DNA from: Synechococcus sp.
GTDB lineage: Bacteria > Cyanobacteriota > Cyanobacteriia > Thermostichales > PCC-7336
Assembly: GCA_051439605.1 (NCBI GenBank)
Contig: JBFRWN010000030.1
Coordinates: 1-53,779 of the forward strand
Direction: 5' to 3'
DNA length: 53,779 nt
Positions 10,068-19,112 of this stretch are shown one piece after another; within the stretch, counting starts at the first letter, position 1; every line of letters starts with the position of its first letter. The notes beneath the pieces were generated by a model, which saw only the letters and a program-made list of their open reading frames with translations, was not told where the DNA came from and ran no database searches. The position numbers and the translations under genes were made by a program.

Positions 10068-10099
10068 CCCATGAAATAACAACCCCATGAAATAACAAC
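10068..10099 (+). repeat. Perfect 16-bp tandem duplication CCCATGAAATAACAAC x2
   Basis: Directly visible. Confidence 0.9.
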
Positions 10100-10126
10100 A
10101 TTGAGAACAGCCATTAAGGGGGTACC

Positions 10127-10387
10127 TTGACTGAAAGAAATGGAAACGGTAAGGCAACGGTTACTATCCGATTCATGCCGGATGATGTGGAAGTACAGGC
10201 GACCCCAGGAGATTCGTTGTTAGAAGTGGCCCACAAGGCTGGGGTATCAATTCCCACTGGTTGTCTGCGGGGATCGTGCCATGCCTGCGAGGTGGAAACT
10301 GATTTGTGGGGACCGATTTGCTCTTGTATTGCAGCTGTTCCCGATCGCCCCATGGTAGTGGAATTGTGGAGCGATCCCACCTGGTAG
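10127..10387 (+). CDS. Small 2Fe-2S ferredoxin-like protein
   Basis: IPTGCLRGSCHACEVE...C cluster-binding pattern. Confidence 0.9.
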   Translation: MTERNGNGKATVTIRFMPDDVEVQATPGDSLLEVAHKAGVSIPTGCLRGSCHACEVETDLWGPICSCIAAVPDRPMVVELWSDPTW

Positions 10388-10515
10388 CAATCTCCTGAAT
10401 AGCCGGCGCATTTGTTACAGTCAATACTCTGTGTTCTGGGGGCGGCCAAAAGCTGTGCCGACAGTCTTCAATAGCTATTGCTCTTGCAGGTCTCACTCAC
10501 TGACCGTAAATATAG

Positions 10516-10629
10516 ATGGCGTCCGTCAAGTCGCGTAGGACATTTTAGCTATCCCACTCTATGACTGGGCATAGAAACTTACGTCCTAGCTAAATTGTCG
10601 AAGACGATAGCGATCGTCAAGTCGCTTAG
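10516..10629 (-). repeat. Dispersed ~95-bp MITE-like repeat family A, degenerate copy plus the start of a second tandem copy (10607-10629)
   Basis: Reverse-complement match to 15367-15461 (CGTCAAGTCGC.TAGGACATTT.AGCTATCCC). Confidence 0.8.
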
Positions 10630-10831
10630 ACGACAACAGTAAAGGTGCAAACAATTTGGAGCTTTGACGCAATTAACGTAATGCGAATAGCCATAGATTT
10701 GACCGGCTCCATATTGGTTAATCGTGGTGATTGGTGATCGGGATACCTCCGTGAGGTCCTGAGTTCAATCCCCATCGAAATCCCCGATCGGGAAGCGTGA
10801 CCGCAGGGCAAGTTGTTAAGTCCAAGCCGCA

Positions 10832-11386
10832 ATGATGCAATCGGAGACTCTGGATATCGAACCCAATTTCCCCCACCTGGATTTGTATGTGCAAGCCGAA
10901 GTCCCGGTCCCGGTGAAACCCTCTGAGTGGCAGCAATGGATTGAAAGCTGGTTAACCGTGATGGGGCTTTCTGGTCCCTGCGAGCTAACCCTATATCTGA
11001 CGGACGATCTCCGCATGCAAACCCTGAACCGCCAATATCGCGATCGCGACTCCACCACAGATGTATTAGCCTTTGCAGCCCAAGAGGCAGATTTTCCGGC
11101 CGTAGGGGGGAATGATGGGGGGAATGGAAAGGGGATGCCTCCGTTGCTGTTGGGGGATATTGCCATCTCGGTGCCAACAGCCCAGCGTCAGGCGGAAGAG
11201 CAACAGCATTCGCTGAAGGATGAGCTCGCCTGGCTAGCCAGCCACGGCCTATTGCATCTACTGGGCTGGGATCATCCCGATGGCGAGAGTTTGCAGCGGA
11301 TGTTACGACAACAAAAGTGCCTGGTGGCCCATACTAAGTCGAAGAAGATAAACTCTGATGTTTATCTAAAGGAAGAATTGTCGTAG
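10832..11386 (+). CDS. ybeY: rRNA maturation RNase YbeY
   Basis: LNRQYR..D.TTDVLAF, LGDIAIS and HGLLHLLGWDH motifs. Confidence 0.96.
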   Translation: MMQSETLDIEPNFPHLDLYVQAEVPVPVKPSEWQQWIESWLTVMGLSGPCELTLYLTDDLRMQTLNRQYRDRDSTTDVLAFAAQEADFPAVGGNDGGNGKGMPPLLLGDIAISVPTAQRQAEEQQHSLKDELAWLASHGLLHLLGWDHPDGESLQRMLRQQKCLVAHTKSKKINSDVYLKEELS

Positions 11387-11447
11387 GAACAAATTTTGCT
11401 GAAAGGGCGGATTCAAGGTACAACCTAAGCATATGTTGGTGTGATTT

Positions 11448-11930
11448 GTGATGAAGCTGAACCCATCTGTGACCCGAGCCGAGGCAACATATCCGTCTGA
11501 CCGAGCCCCTGGAATTAAGGCAACAGGTTCCGATTGGGTTCGACCTCAAACTTGGCAGGTGGCGGAAAATTTGCTCTCCAGCTTTCGTTTTGCAGGCATG
11601 GGAATTTGGTATGCCTGTCGCACCCAGCGCAATTTCCGCATTCACGTTGCTGTCACCATTGCGGTGCTGAGTACTAGCTTGTGGTTGCAGCTTTCCTCCA
11701 TTGAATTAGCCCTCGTGAGTCTCACCTGCGGCTTGGTCATGGCATTAGAGCTGTTTAACACCGCCCTTGAAGCGGTGGTAGATTTGACGGTGGGCGATCG
11801 CTATCATCGCCTCGCCAAGATTGCAAAGGATTGTGCTGCTGCCAGCGTATTGATCTCTGCAGCCATTGCGGTTTTGGTGGCAGCTTTTTTGTTGTTCCCT
11901 CCGCTGGCGGCACGTGCGGGTTTGGCTTAG
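11448..11930 (+). CDS. dgkA: Diacylglycerol/undecaprenol kinase family protein
   Basis: QRNFRIH, ELFNTALEAVVDL and AKIAKDCAA motifs; follows ybeY. Confidence 0.92.
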   Translation: MMKLNPSVTRAEATYPSDRAPGIKATGSDWVRPQTWQVAENLLSSFRFAGMGIWYACRTQRNFRIHVAVTIAVLSTSLWLQLSSIELALVSLTCGLVMALELFNTALEAVVDLTVGDRYHRLAKIAKDCAAASVLISAAIAVLVAAFLLFPPLAARAGLA

Positions 11931-12017
11931 CTCTCTTCCCACCGTCTTTGGACTGCTTTTTGGACTGTGTTGAACCCAAAATTTTCTGCCTAGTTCCCGA
12001 TACGCAGGAATCTATGC

Positions 12018-13037
12018 CTAACGGGGGACTTGGGGTTTGCGGCGCATGAGCACGGGGGAGAGGTCACTTTCGTCATAGATGTCTCCCACCAATTGCTCTA
12101 GTAGGTCTTCCAACGTGAGTAAGCCGCTGGTTCCGCCGAACTCGTCCACAACAATTGCCAGATGATGGCGGGCCCCCAACATGCTTTTGAGCAGGGGGCC
12201 AATGCGCTTGGTGGCTGGAATAAACACGGGATCTTGCATGACTTCGGTGACTCCGCAGTTCCCTTGGCTGTTGAGATGACGAACAGCCTCCTTAAAATGA
12301 ATAATGCCGACAATCTCGTCCTTTGATTCTTCTTGGACGGGGATACGGGAATAGCCGGTAGCCAAGCAGAGGTCGATGACATCTTGGAGGGTGCGATCGC
12401 GGGAAATGGTAACCATTTTGACGCGAGGAACCACCACATCACGAGCCTGCAGCATATCCATCGCCAGCGCCCCCCGAAAAACCTGGCGTTTTTGTAGGTC
12501 GAGCTGCCCCCGTCGCCCCAAAATGCTGACTAACAGCTCTAGATCCTCGACGGATTCCTGCTGAGATCGCGAGGGAACTTGAAAAAACTTCACCGTCCAC
12601 TGGACTAATTTTTCTAGCAGGTGCACCACCGGTCCAAATAGGGTGGAAAGCCAAAATACAGGGTAAATTGCCAGCTTGAAGGCGGGCAGTGGATTGCTAA
12701 CAGCTAACGACTTGGGCAAAATTTCGCTAAAAATCAGCACGCTGACGGTGGTGACTGCGGTAGCCACCAGAGGGCCAGTACTGGCCCCCAGAAGGCGAAT
12801 ACCCATGCTAGTGGCGATCGCAGCAGCTGCGATATTGACGACATTGTTGCCCAGCAGCAGGGTGGTGATGAAGCGGGTGCGTTGTTCCAACACCAACCGG
12901 TAAATGCGCTTGTCCCCTTCTGCTTCGATCAGTGCTTGCAGCTTGAGATTATCGATACCAATAATGGCCGACTCTGCCCCTGAGAATCCTGCGGATAGCA
13001 CGATACAGGACAGAAAAAGCAGTATGGAGACAATCAA
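12018..13037 (-). CDS. CNNM/DUF21-CBS (hemolysin/CorC-like) membrane protein
   Basis: FSGAESA, LLGNNVVN, SEILPK, GYSRIPV and VVDEFGGTSG motifs. Confidence 0.93.
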   Translation of the reverse strand: MIVSILLFLSCIVLSAGFSGAESAIIGIDNLKLQALIEAEGDKRIYRLVLEQRTRFITTLLLGNNVVNIAAAAIATSMGIRLLGASTGPLVATAVTTVSVLIFSEILPKSLAVSNPLPAFKLAIYPVFWLSTLFGPVVHLLEKLVQWTVKFFQVPSRSQQESVEDLELLVSILGRRGQLDLQKRQVFRGALAMDMLQARDVVVPRVKMVTISRDRTLQDVIDLCLATGYSRIPVQEESKDEIVGIIHFKEAVRHLNSQGNCGVTEVMQDPVFIPATKRIGPLLKSMLGARHHLAIVVDEFGGTSGLLTLEDLLEQLVGDIYDESDLSPVLMRRKPQVPR

Positions 13038-13136
13038 AGCTAGAGCCTCTTCAACAGTGGCAAAACAGGGTTGGTCGTGTGTTGCAGATACCCACAGTCA
13101 GTCTTGGACGGTACTGGGACAATCTGAGTTCAATGA

Positions 13137-13246
13137 CCCTCCCCCCTAGCTCCTCTCCCTGTTTTGGAAAGGGGAACAAGAGTTTCAAATGCCTATATTT
13201 TCGTTCGAGTAGCCGCTCATTTTGCATTAGGGGCTAATACTATCGA
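13137..13246 (+). repeat. Dispersed ~110-bp repeat family B, copy 1
   Basis: High identity to the reverse complement of 50845-50953. Confidence 0.88.
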
Positions 13247-13327
13247 AATGACGTTGGGACCATTGATTCGGCGCAGCAAGAGAGAAAACGCGGTCGGAAG
13301 GGAAAGAGTATAGGACTACTGGTCACC

Positions 13328-15118
13328 CTAAGTCATGAGAGCAGTTTCTAGCTTTTGCTTGTGCCACAGCTGACAATAGAGGCTATCGTACTGCTGCAGC
13401 AATTGCTGGTGAGTGCCCTCCTGCACAATGTGCCCTCGGCTCATGACCAAAATGCGATCGGCTTCGGCAGCGGCGGTCAGACGATGGGAAATAAATATTA
13501 CTGTTTTAGCGCGGGTACCGCCGGAGAGATTATTTAAAATTTGTTGGGCAGTTTGATTGTCCACGCTGGAAAGGGAGTCATCCAGCACCAATATGGGGGC
13601 ATCCGTCAGCAATGCTCGAGCAAGGGCTACCCGCTGCCGCTGCCCCCCCGATAGGGTAATGCCCCGTTCCCCCACCATCGTTTCGTACTGCTGGGGAAAG
13701 TTGACAATTTCGCCGTGAATGCGGGCGGCTTTGGCGGCGGCTTCAACCTCCCAATCCGTCGCGCCTGGCTTACCGTAGCGGATGTTATCTCGAACGGTAG
13801 CCCCAAATAAGAAGCTTTCTTGGGGAACGTAGGCGATCGCCCGTCTCAAGTCTTTCAGGCGAATGTGGGTGATGTCAGTGCTGTCCAGGAAGAGGGAATC
13901 GCGATCGATCTCCAGCAGGTGGGGAATGGCGTTGGCTAGAGTGGTCTTGCCAGAGCCGATAGGCCCAACAATGGCGACGGTTTCCCCGGGCTGTACAGAA
14001 AAGGAAATCTTGTCGAGGGCAGGAATCTCTGGGTCGTCGGGGTAGGAAAAGCTGAGGGCGCGGGCCTCTAGGCGACCTCGAACTTCCCCAGGATCGACGG
14101 CGATCGCGTCTTGCCCATCCTGAATCGTGGGTTGCACTGCCAAGATGGTTTGCAGCCGTTCCAGGCTCACTTGTCCCCGTTGATAGGTGGTGATTGTGAA
14201 ACCCAACAACGCAGTGGGGAAGACCAACTGTTCGACATACAGCGTCATCTGAGTAAAGTCCCCCAGACTAAGTTCTCCCGACACAATCCGGGGGCCACCG
14301 ACCAGCAGCAGGAGCAGCAGACTGGCACTCGCTAATGCAGTTAGGGTGGGGAATAGCAGGTTGCGGGTCAGGGCCAAGTTGATATTGGCTTCTAATAAGT
14401 GTTGATTGCGCTGGCGAAATTCAGTGCGCTCGTTCTTCTCCTGTCCGTAAACCTTAATCAGGGAAATCCCGTTCATGTCCTCCTGAATTAGGTCGCTCAT
14501 GCTGCTGAGGCGATTTTGAACCTCTGCTTGCTGAGTGCGCAGGCGATCGCTGGTGGCACTGACCAAAATCAGCATGACCGGATAGACGGAGATGGCGACA
14601 AGTGTCAGTTGGATGTCCGTCACCAGCATGGCAGGGAAGGTCATGCCGTAGGCAAAAATAGTATTGAACAGGCTGAGAATGGCAAACCCTAACAGGCGAC
14701 GGATATTATCCACATCGCTGGTGGAACGGTTGATCAAGTCCCCAGCAGTCTGCCGGCCAAAATAGGAGGGGGGCAGCGTGAGCAATTGCTCGAAGATCGC
14801 TTGTCTGAGGTCAAACTCCACTTTGCGACCAGCACCAAACATCCAAATGCGTGAGGCGGTGCGAATGACTCCCCGCAGGGTGGCCACCATCAGGAGCACG
14901 ATGGCATAGAAGGCAACCCGACCTTGTTGTCCTCGTAATTCAGCGATACCGCCCTGTTGCACGATGGTTCCAAGGTTGTCGAATGCCACTTTGACAAACC
15001 AGGGGAGGAAGACACCGATGGCATTGACAACGAGCAATGCTCCGATGCCTAGATACACGCCGCGCATGTGGGGACGGGCATAGCTGTAGAGCTGGCGAAG
15101 GGGAGATTTTTTTGACAT
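13328..15118 (-). CDS. ABC exporter, fused permease/ATP-binding protein
   Basis: N-terminal TMD; Walker A GPIGSGKT, LSGGQRQR signature, LVLDD. Confidence 0.95.
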   Translation of the reverse strand: MSKKSPLRQLYSYARPHMRGVYLGIGALLVVNAIGVFLPWFVKVAFDNLGTIVQQGGIAELRGQQGRVAFYAIVLLMVATLRGVIRTASRIWMFGAGRKVEFDLRQAIFEQLLTLPPSYFGRQTAGDLINRSTSDVDNIRRLLGFAILSLFNTIFAYGMTFPAMLVTDIQLTLVAISVYPVMLILVSATSDRLRTQQAEVQNRLSSMSDLIQEDMNGISLIKVYGQEKNERTEFRQRNQHLLEANINLALTRNLLFPTLTALASASLLLLLLVGGPRIVSGELSLGDFTQMTLYVEQLVFPTALLGFTITTYQRGQVSLERLQTILAVQPTIQDGQDAIAVDPGEVRGRLEARALSFSYPDDPEIPALDKISFSVQPGETVAIVGPIGSGKTTLANAIPHLLEIDRDSLFLDSTDITHIRLKDLRRAIAYVPQESFLFGATVRDNIRYGKPGATDWEVEAAAKAARIHGEIVNFPQQYETMVGERGITLSGGQRQRVALARALLTDAPILVLDDSLSSVDNQTAQQILNNLSGGTRAKTVIFISHRLTAAAEADRILVMSRGHIVQEGTHQQLLQQYDSLYCQLWHKQKLETALMT

Positions 15119-15366
15119 ATAACCAGGTTAAAGCAGTCCCACGTGCTGATGTTTGTCATCTGGGCTGCGGTGCAGGGCAAACGCATACTCGATTCGAAAG
15201 AATGCGCGAAAGATCATCATTATCCCACCCTGCCTTGAGGCGAGTGAGGGCTTTCTCGGCTGGCATGTCGGGCTGAGTCCGATGCAAATCGGTCCAGCGC
15301 CATCAATCGGTAGCGATCGCACTCAGAAAACCCAATCAGGATTTCATCCCCTCGGCAGCGAGTCGA

Positions 15367-15461
15367 TATAGCTTGTGACATTTCAGTTAGGACAGAGGAA
15401 TCTATACCCAGTCAGTGATTGGGATAGCTGAAATGTCCTAAGCGACTTGACGATCGCTATA
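15367..15461 (+). repeat. Dispersed ~95-bp MITE-like repeat family A
   Basis: TATAGC...GCTATA termini; internal IR GACATTTCAG/CTGAAATGTC; matches 31147-31239 and 10516-10609. Confidence 0.88.
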
Positions 15462-15741
15462 GCGCTCAGCTTGGCAACCAGCCCTTAACAGCTTGTGGTA
15501 GTCCTCCCCCCTCCAGTGGTAGCTGTACCACTGCAGAATCCTCTTGGCTTGTTCAACGGTAGTCACCATTTCACGGGTGAGCCACATCCAGGAAACCAGC
15601 TCTGTTCCCTCGGGGCAATCGACTTCATGGGCCTAGACCGCATAAACCTGCATTTGGGTGCCTGCCCCCAACCGAGCCGGTGAGCGTAACTGCATGGGGC
15701 AAAACCGCACCGCCAGTTTGGCCGTGCGAGCTTTCCGGCGA
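15459..15741 (-). pseudogene. IS4-family (IS50/Tn5-like) transposase fragment
   Basis: Manual read-through: RKARTAKLAVRF...QVYAV*AHEVDCPEG.ELVSWMWLT...ILQWYSYHWRGEDYHKLLRAGCQAERY; degenerate YREK motif; in-frame TAG at 15633-15635. Confidence 0.85.
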
Positions 15742-15827
15742 TCGAGGCTGACTGACAGAAATTCTTGAAAGTCAGTCAGCCAGTCAGGGAACTCTGTATA
15801 AAATTTCCTGAAAGCCCGGACCGAGTG

Positions 15828-16130
15828 ATGAACGAAGAAACACAAGCTGCAATCGACCGCATGTTCAAAGGCGATCTTGGCTGGCGCGATTCAAGTCGTA
15901 AACGTCTCCACAGGTTGTTGGGGAAAGCACGGACATGGCAATCTGCTTTGGCTCAATTGGCCGATGAGCTTGAAAACGAATACGCACTGATGTTTGAGGT
16001 CTCTGAAAGGAACGAACAAAGCCCCAAGCTGTTAAAGCGGGCTAAAACCGAGCGATCGCTTGTGGCAGGCAATGTAGATTGGATGCTTGTGGTACATCGT
16101 CTGTATTTGGAACTGAGTTTCGGTTCGTAA
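15828..16130 (+). CDS. Hypothetical helical protein (~100 aa; track start 15765)
   Basis: ATG at 15828, protein-like composition, no recognised family. Confidence 0.55.
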   Translation: MNEETQAAIDRMFKGDLGWRDSSRKRLHRLLGKARTWQSALAQLADELENEYALMFEVSERNEQSPKLLKRAKTERSLVAGNVDWMLVVHRLYLELSFGS

Positions 16131-16319
16131 GTCATGCCATCCGAATATTGACTGAACCTCTACGGCCCCCAGCCAGTCCAGCGGAAAAGCTTTCGTAGCA
16201 CTGACCTCAAAATCATCCGTACCCAATGGAAACAGGCAAAAGAACTAGTAATCTATACCCATTGGAAACTCTATAAGAACGGGTTGTTAGATCGGGAAGG
16301 GACATTCGGTTGACGATCG

Positions 16320-16349
16320 AAAAAAAAGACCGACTCACCAAGGAGTCGG
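16320..16349 (-). terminator. Intrinsic terminator (minus strand)
   Basis: CCGACTC-CTTGGT-GAGTCGG stem followed by an 8-T tract on the minus strand. Confidence 0.8.
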
Positions 16350-16545
16350 CCACTCTACCGAAGTTGAAACCAGGAGGGACAACTCTGATTCGCTCGTGCG
16401 AAATTCGGGGTGGTACCTGTCAGTTGAACAACTACGGAGCATTTGGAGTGCTCGCCTGTCATTCACTGGTTTTCGCCGAGATGAAGCTTGTCATCCGAGG
16501 GGCTTGGATGTGCGTGAGGGCCGAGCAACCAACCCCCTTCGGTTC
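16320..16545 (-). ncRNA. Candidate small RNA (5' end approximate)
   Basis: Four consecutive hairpins ending in a strong terminator, ~430 nt from the nearest upstream stop codon; no convincing ORF. Confidence 0.4.
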
Positions 16546-16778
16546 AATGGGTATTACTTTTTGACATTCCAATGGCAAACGAGTTTACCGTCACGAAGGA
16601 TCCATCGTGCTAGGGGTCGAGCTTGGCCGGCTTGGTCCCCCCCATCGATAACTTGCAATCGTTGAACGAGGTGCACGGGAAATACGTCTTGCTCGTAGCG
16701 ATCGGGGGAAATCGAGTGCATTTGTCTAACTCCGTAACAGCTGGATGGGACTTCGTTCGTTAAAACGGGGTCGCTGGC

Positions 16779-17003
16779 TTATGCGGTAGCCCAGCCTGCA
16801 ACATCGAGGATGATGTTTCTTTCAAGGGTTGCGGGGGTAGCGTGGCGACCGAAGAACTGAATGTCTGCGGGTAAGGTGGCGGGAGATTTAACCGGGCTGA
16901 TGACGTTGCCCTGACGACCGCGAAACGTGGTCTGCCGATCGGTTTCGACGGTTTCGCATACAGATGCTTGGTAAGAAACGCCGCGGTAGGTTAAAGAGGC
17001 CAT
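16779..17003 (-). CDS. DUF4278-family small protein
   Basis: LTYRGVSY N-terminus with repeated FRG/FFG motifs; GGAG SD upstream. Confidence 0.85.
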   Translation of the reverse strand: MASLTYRGVSYQASVCETVETDRQTTFRGRQGNVISPVKSPATLPADIQFFGRHATPATLERNIILDVAGWATA

Positions 17004-17092
17004 GATGTCTTGCTCCAGTGGTGTGCGGGCTGTGCCCTGTGCTTCGATAGCCTCAGTATCCAGAAACTACCCGGCAGAAAAAATCCCGAAAA

Positions 17093-17121
17093 GTTCAGGA
17101 GAACGTTCAGGTTTGTTCAGG
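17093..17121. promoter_or_regulatory. Three GTTCAGG direct repeats upstream of DUF4278 (candidate regulator site)
   Basis: Copies at 17093, 17105 and 17115. Confidence 0.45.
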
Positions 17122-17244
17122 TTTATGACAAGGATCGACTTATTGGAAAAGTTTGCACGGCGTTAAAAAGTGCAAACCAAAATTGACTCGCCTAACGGCG
17201 AGAAGGGGAAAGGCTAAGAAAAGCCCGAGCTAAGGGCTGAAGGG

Positions 17245-17540
17245 CTAAGCGCTAGGATTCCTGGGAGACTCGCACACCACACAAAAACCGAAACTGTCGT
17301 TGCGGAGGTCGCGATTGTAAACGTTGCGAGAAGTCGAACGGCAATTCACCGGAAACCGTCCCATCAACAGTTGGCCGCATTTCAGCTTCCTCACCGCCGC
17401 ATCCGACCTGTCTTCTCCGAGGTTTTTCAATTCCAACGACCCTTCGGGAATTAGCATCATCGTCAACTTCAGCCCCTTCCCCAAATCCTCATGCCAGCAC
17501 TGATTTGTCCCCCGATACCGCCACAGCAAAGCGGATGCGA
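17245..17540 (-). pseudogene. Internally deleted FGE-sulfatase (SUMF1/CLec-fold) gene, DGR-target-like
   Basis: EDLGKGLKLTMMLIPEG...LMGRFPV (domain start) fused directly to NCRSTSRN...RNDSFGFCVVC (domain end); 5' boundary approximate. Confidence 0.75.
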
Positions 17541-17784
17541 TCGCGACTCGGGGGTTGAGACTGCCATTGCCAAAACTCTCCTTGTTTGTCCTGTCTGGAC
17601 ACCCAAACTTCGATATTAGCGACAGCGAAGCCACCGTAAACTTTGGAGCCAAACTCTTTCTAGCTGACCCAAAACAAACGGTAACCCCCATCCAGGGGTC
17701 GAGGTTCTAAAGTCTGGCAACACTGCCGGCCAAACCGCTCCACCATTCCTCCCAACCATCAATACGAATTGATACGAATGCCTG

Positions 17785-19104
17785 TCATTGGAGGTCTTCG
17801 ATCGCATCACCTAAAATTTGCAACCCCACCTCAATCTGCTCGCGATCGATCGTCAGCGGCGGACAAAACCGAATCGCAGCCTTACCGCAACCCAACAGCA
17901 ACAAACCGCGATAAAACGCCCGATCGACAATCCGATCGCGCAATTCCCGATCGAGATGGAGGTCGCTATTCAACACGTCGACCGCCACCATCAACCCTTT
18001 TCCTCGGGGGAAAGAAATACAGTCAAAGCGATCGGCCAACTCATTCAGACCGCTGCGCAACACTTCTCCCATACGGCGCGCATTCTCAATCAGCGAATTT
18101 TCTAAGAGTTTCAGTGTGGCATTCGCTGCCGCACAAGCAACCGGATTGCCCCCAAAGGTAGTGGCGTGGGAGCCAGGAGGCCAGGTCATCAGGTGCGGTC
18201 GCGACACAATCGCCCCCAACGGCAATCCGCTGGCAATTCCTTTGGCCAGGGTGACAATATCCGGTTTCACCCCCCAATGCTCGATCGCAAACAGCTTCCC
18301 TGTCCGCCCCATCCCCGCCTGAATTTCATCCACCACCATCAACATGCCGTGGCGATCGCAAATCTCCCGAATCCGCTGCAGAAACCCATCCTCGGGAACG
18401 ACATAGCCCCCTTCCCCTTGGATAGGCTCTACCACAATCGCCGCAATCTCCTCCGGCGGCAGCATGGCCGGAAATAGCTCTTGCTCCAGGCGCTCGAGGC
18501 TGGCATGAGTGCCGTAGGGGATGTGAGTGACGCCGGGGAGCAAGGGGCCGAACCCGCGACACTGAACAGCTTTAGACGCAGTCAGAGACATCGAACCGTA
18601 GGTGCGTCCGTGGAACCCTCCCAGAAAGGCCACAACCCGCCATCTCCCCGTGAAATAGCGAGCCAGCTTGAGCGCCCCCTCCATCGACTCCGTACCGGAG
18701 TTGGTGAAAAATACGCGCCCCCGAGCGCCACTTTCTGCAACCGGAAAGGGAGCCCGCGCCGCCAGCGCTTCCGCCAACTCAACCATGGGCGCGTAATAAA
18801 AATCTGTCCCCGACATATGTAGAAATCGAGCTGCCTGCTGTTGAATGGCCTCTACCACCTGAGGATGGGCGTGTCCCGTGGCTGTCACCGCAATTCCCGC
18901 CGTCATGTCCAAAAAAACATTGCCATCCACATCCTCAATCGAGCAGCCTTGACCGCGTGCTACCGCTAAGGGATAGCCGCGAGTGTAGGAGGGGGACGAT
19001 ACCGCCCGATCGCGATCGATCAGAGCGCGAGCACGAGGTCCCGGTAGCGACGTCACCAACTGCGGAGTCCGAGGCAGCGTGGGGGTCGACAGTACATCTA
19101 ACAT
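17785..19104 (-). CDS. Class-III PLP aminotransferase (4-aminobutyrate/acetylornithine type)
   Basis: FHGRTYG, EPIQGEGG, DEIQAGMGRTG and TLAKG motifs; GAGGA SD before ATG 19104. Confidence 0.93.
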   Translation of the reverse strand: MLDVLSTPTLPRTPQLVTSLPGPRARALIDRDRAVSSPSYTRGYPLAVARGQGCSIEDVDGNVFLDMTAGIAVTATGHAHPQVVEAIQQQAARFLHMSGTDFYYAPMVELAEALAARAPFPVAESGARGRVFFTNSGTESMEGALKLARYFTGRWRVVAFLGGFHGRTYGSMSLTASKAVQCRGFGPLLPGVTHIPYGTHASLERLEQELFPAMLPPEEIAAIVVEPIQGEGGYVVPEDGFLQRIREICDRHGMLMVVDEIQAGMGRTGKLFAIEHWGVKPDIVTLAKGIASGLPLGAIVSRPHLMTWPPGSHATTFGGNPVACAAANATLKLLENSLIENARRMGEVLRSGLNELADRFDCISFPRGKGLMVAVDVLNSDLHLDRELRDRIVDRAFYRGLLLLGCGKAAIRFCPPLTIDREQIEVGLQILGDAIEDLQ

Positions 19105-19112
19105 GACAGTCC

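Noticed and set aside
17004..17170. Glutamine riboswitch upstream of DUF4278
   Set aside because: Conserved aptamer elements not recognisable
16140..17780. Complete DGR cassette
   Set aside because: No reverse transcriptase, avd or AAC-rich template repeat in the window
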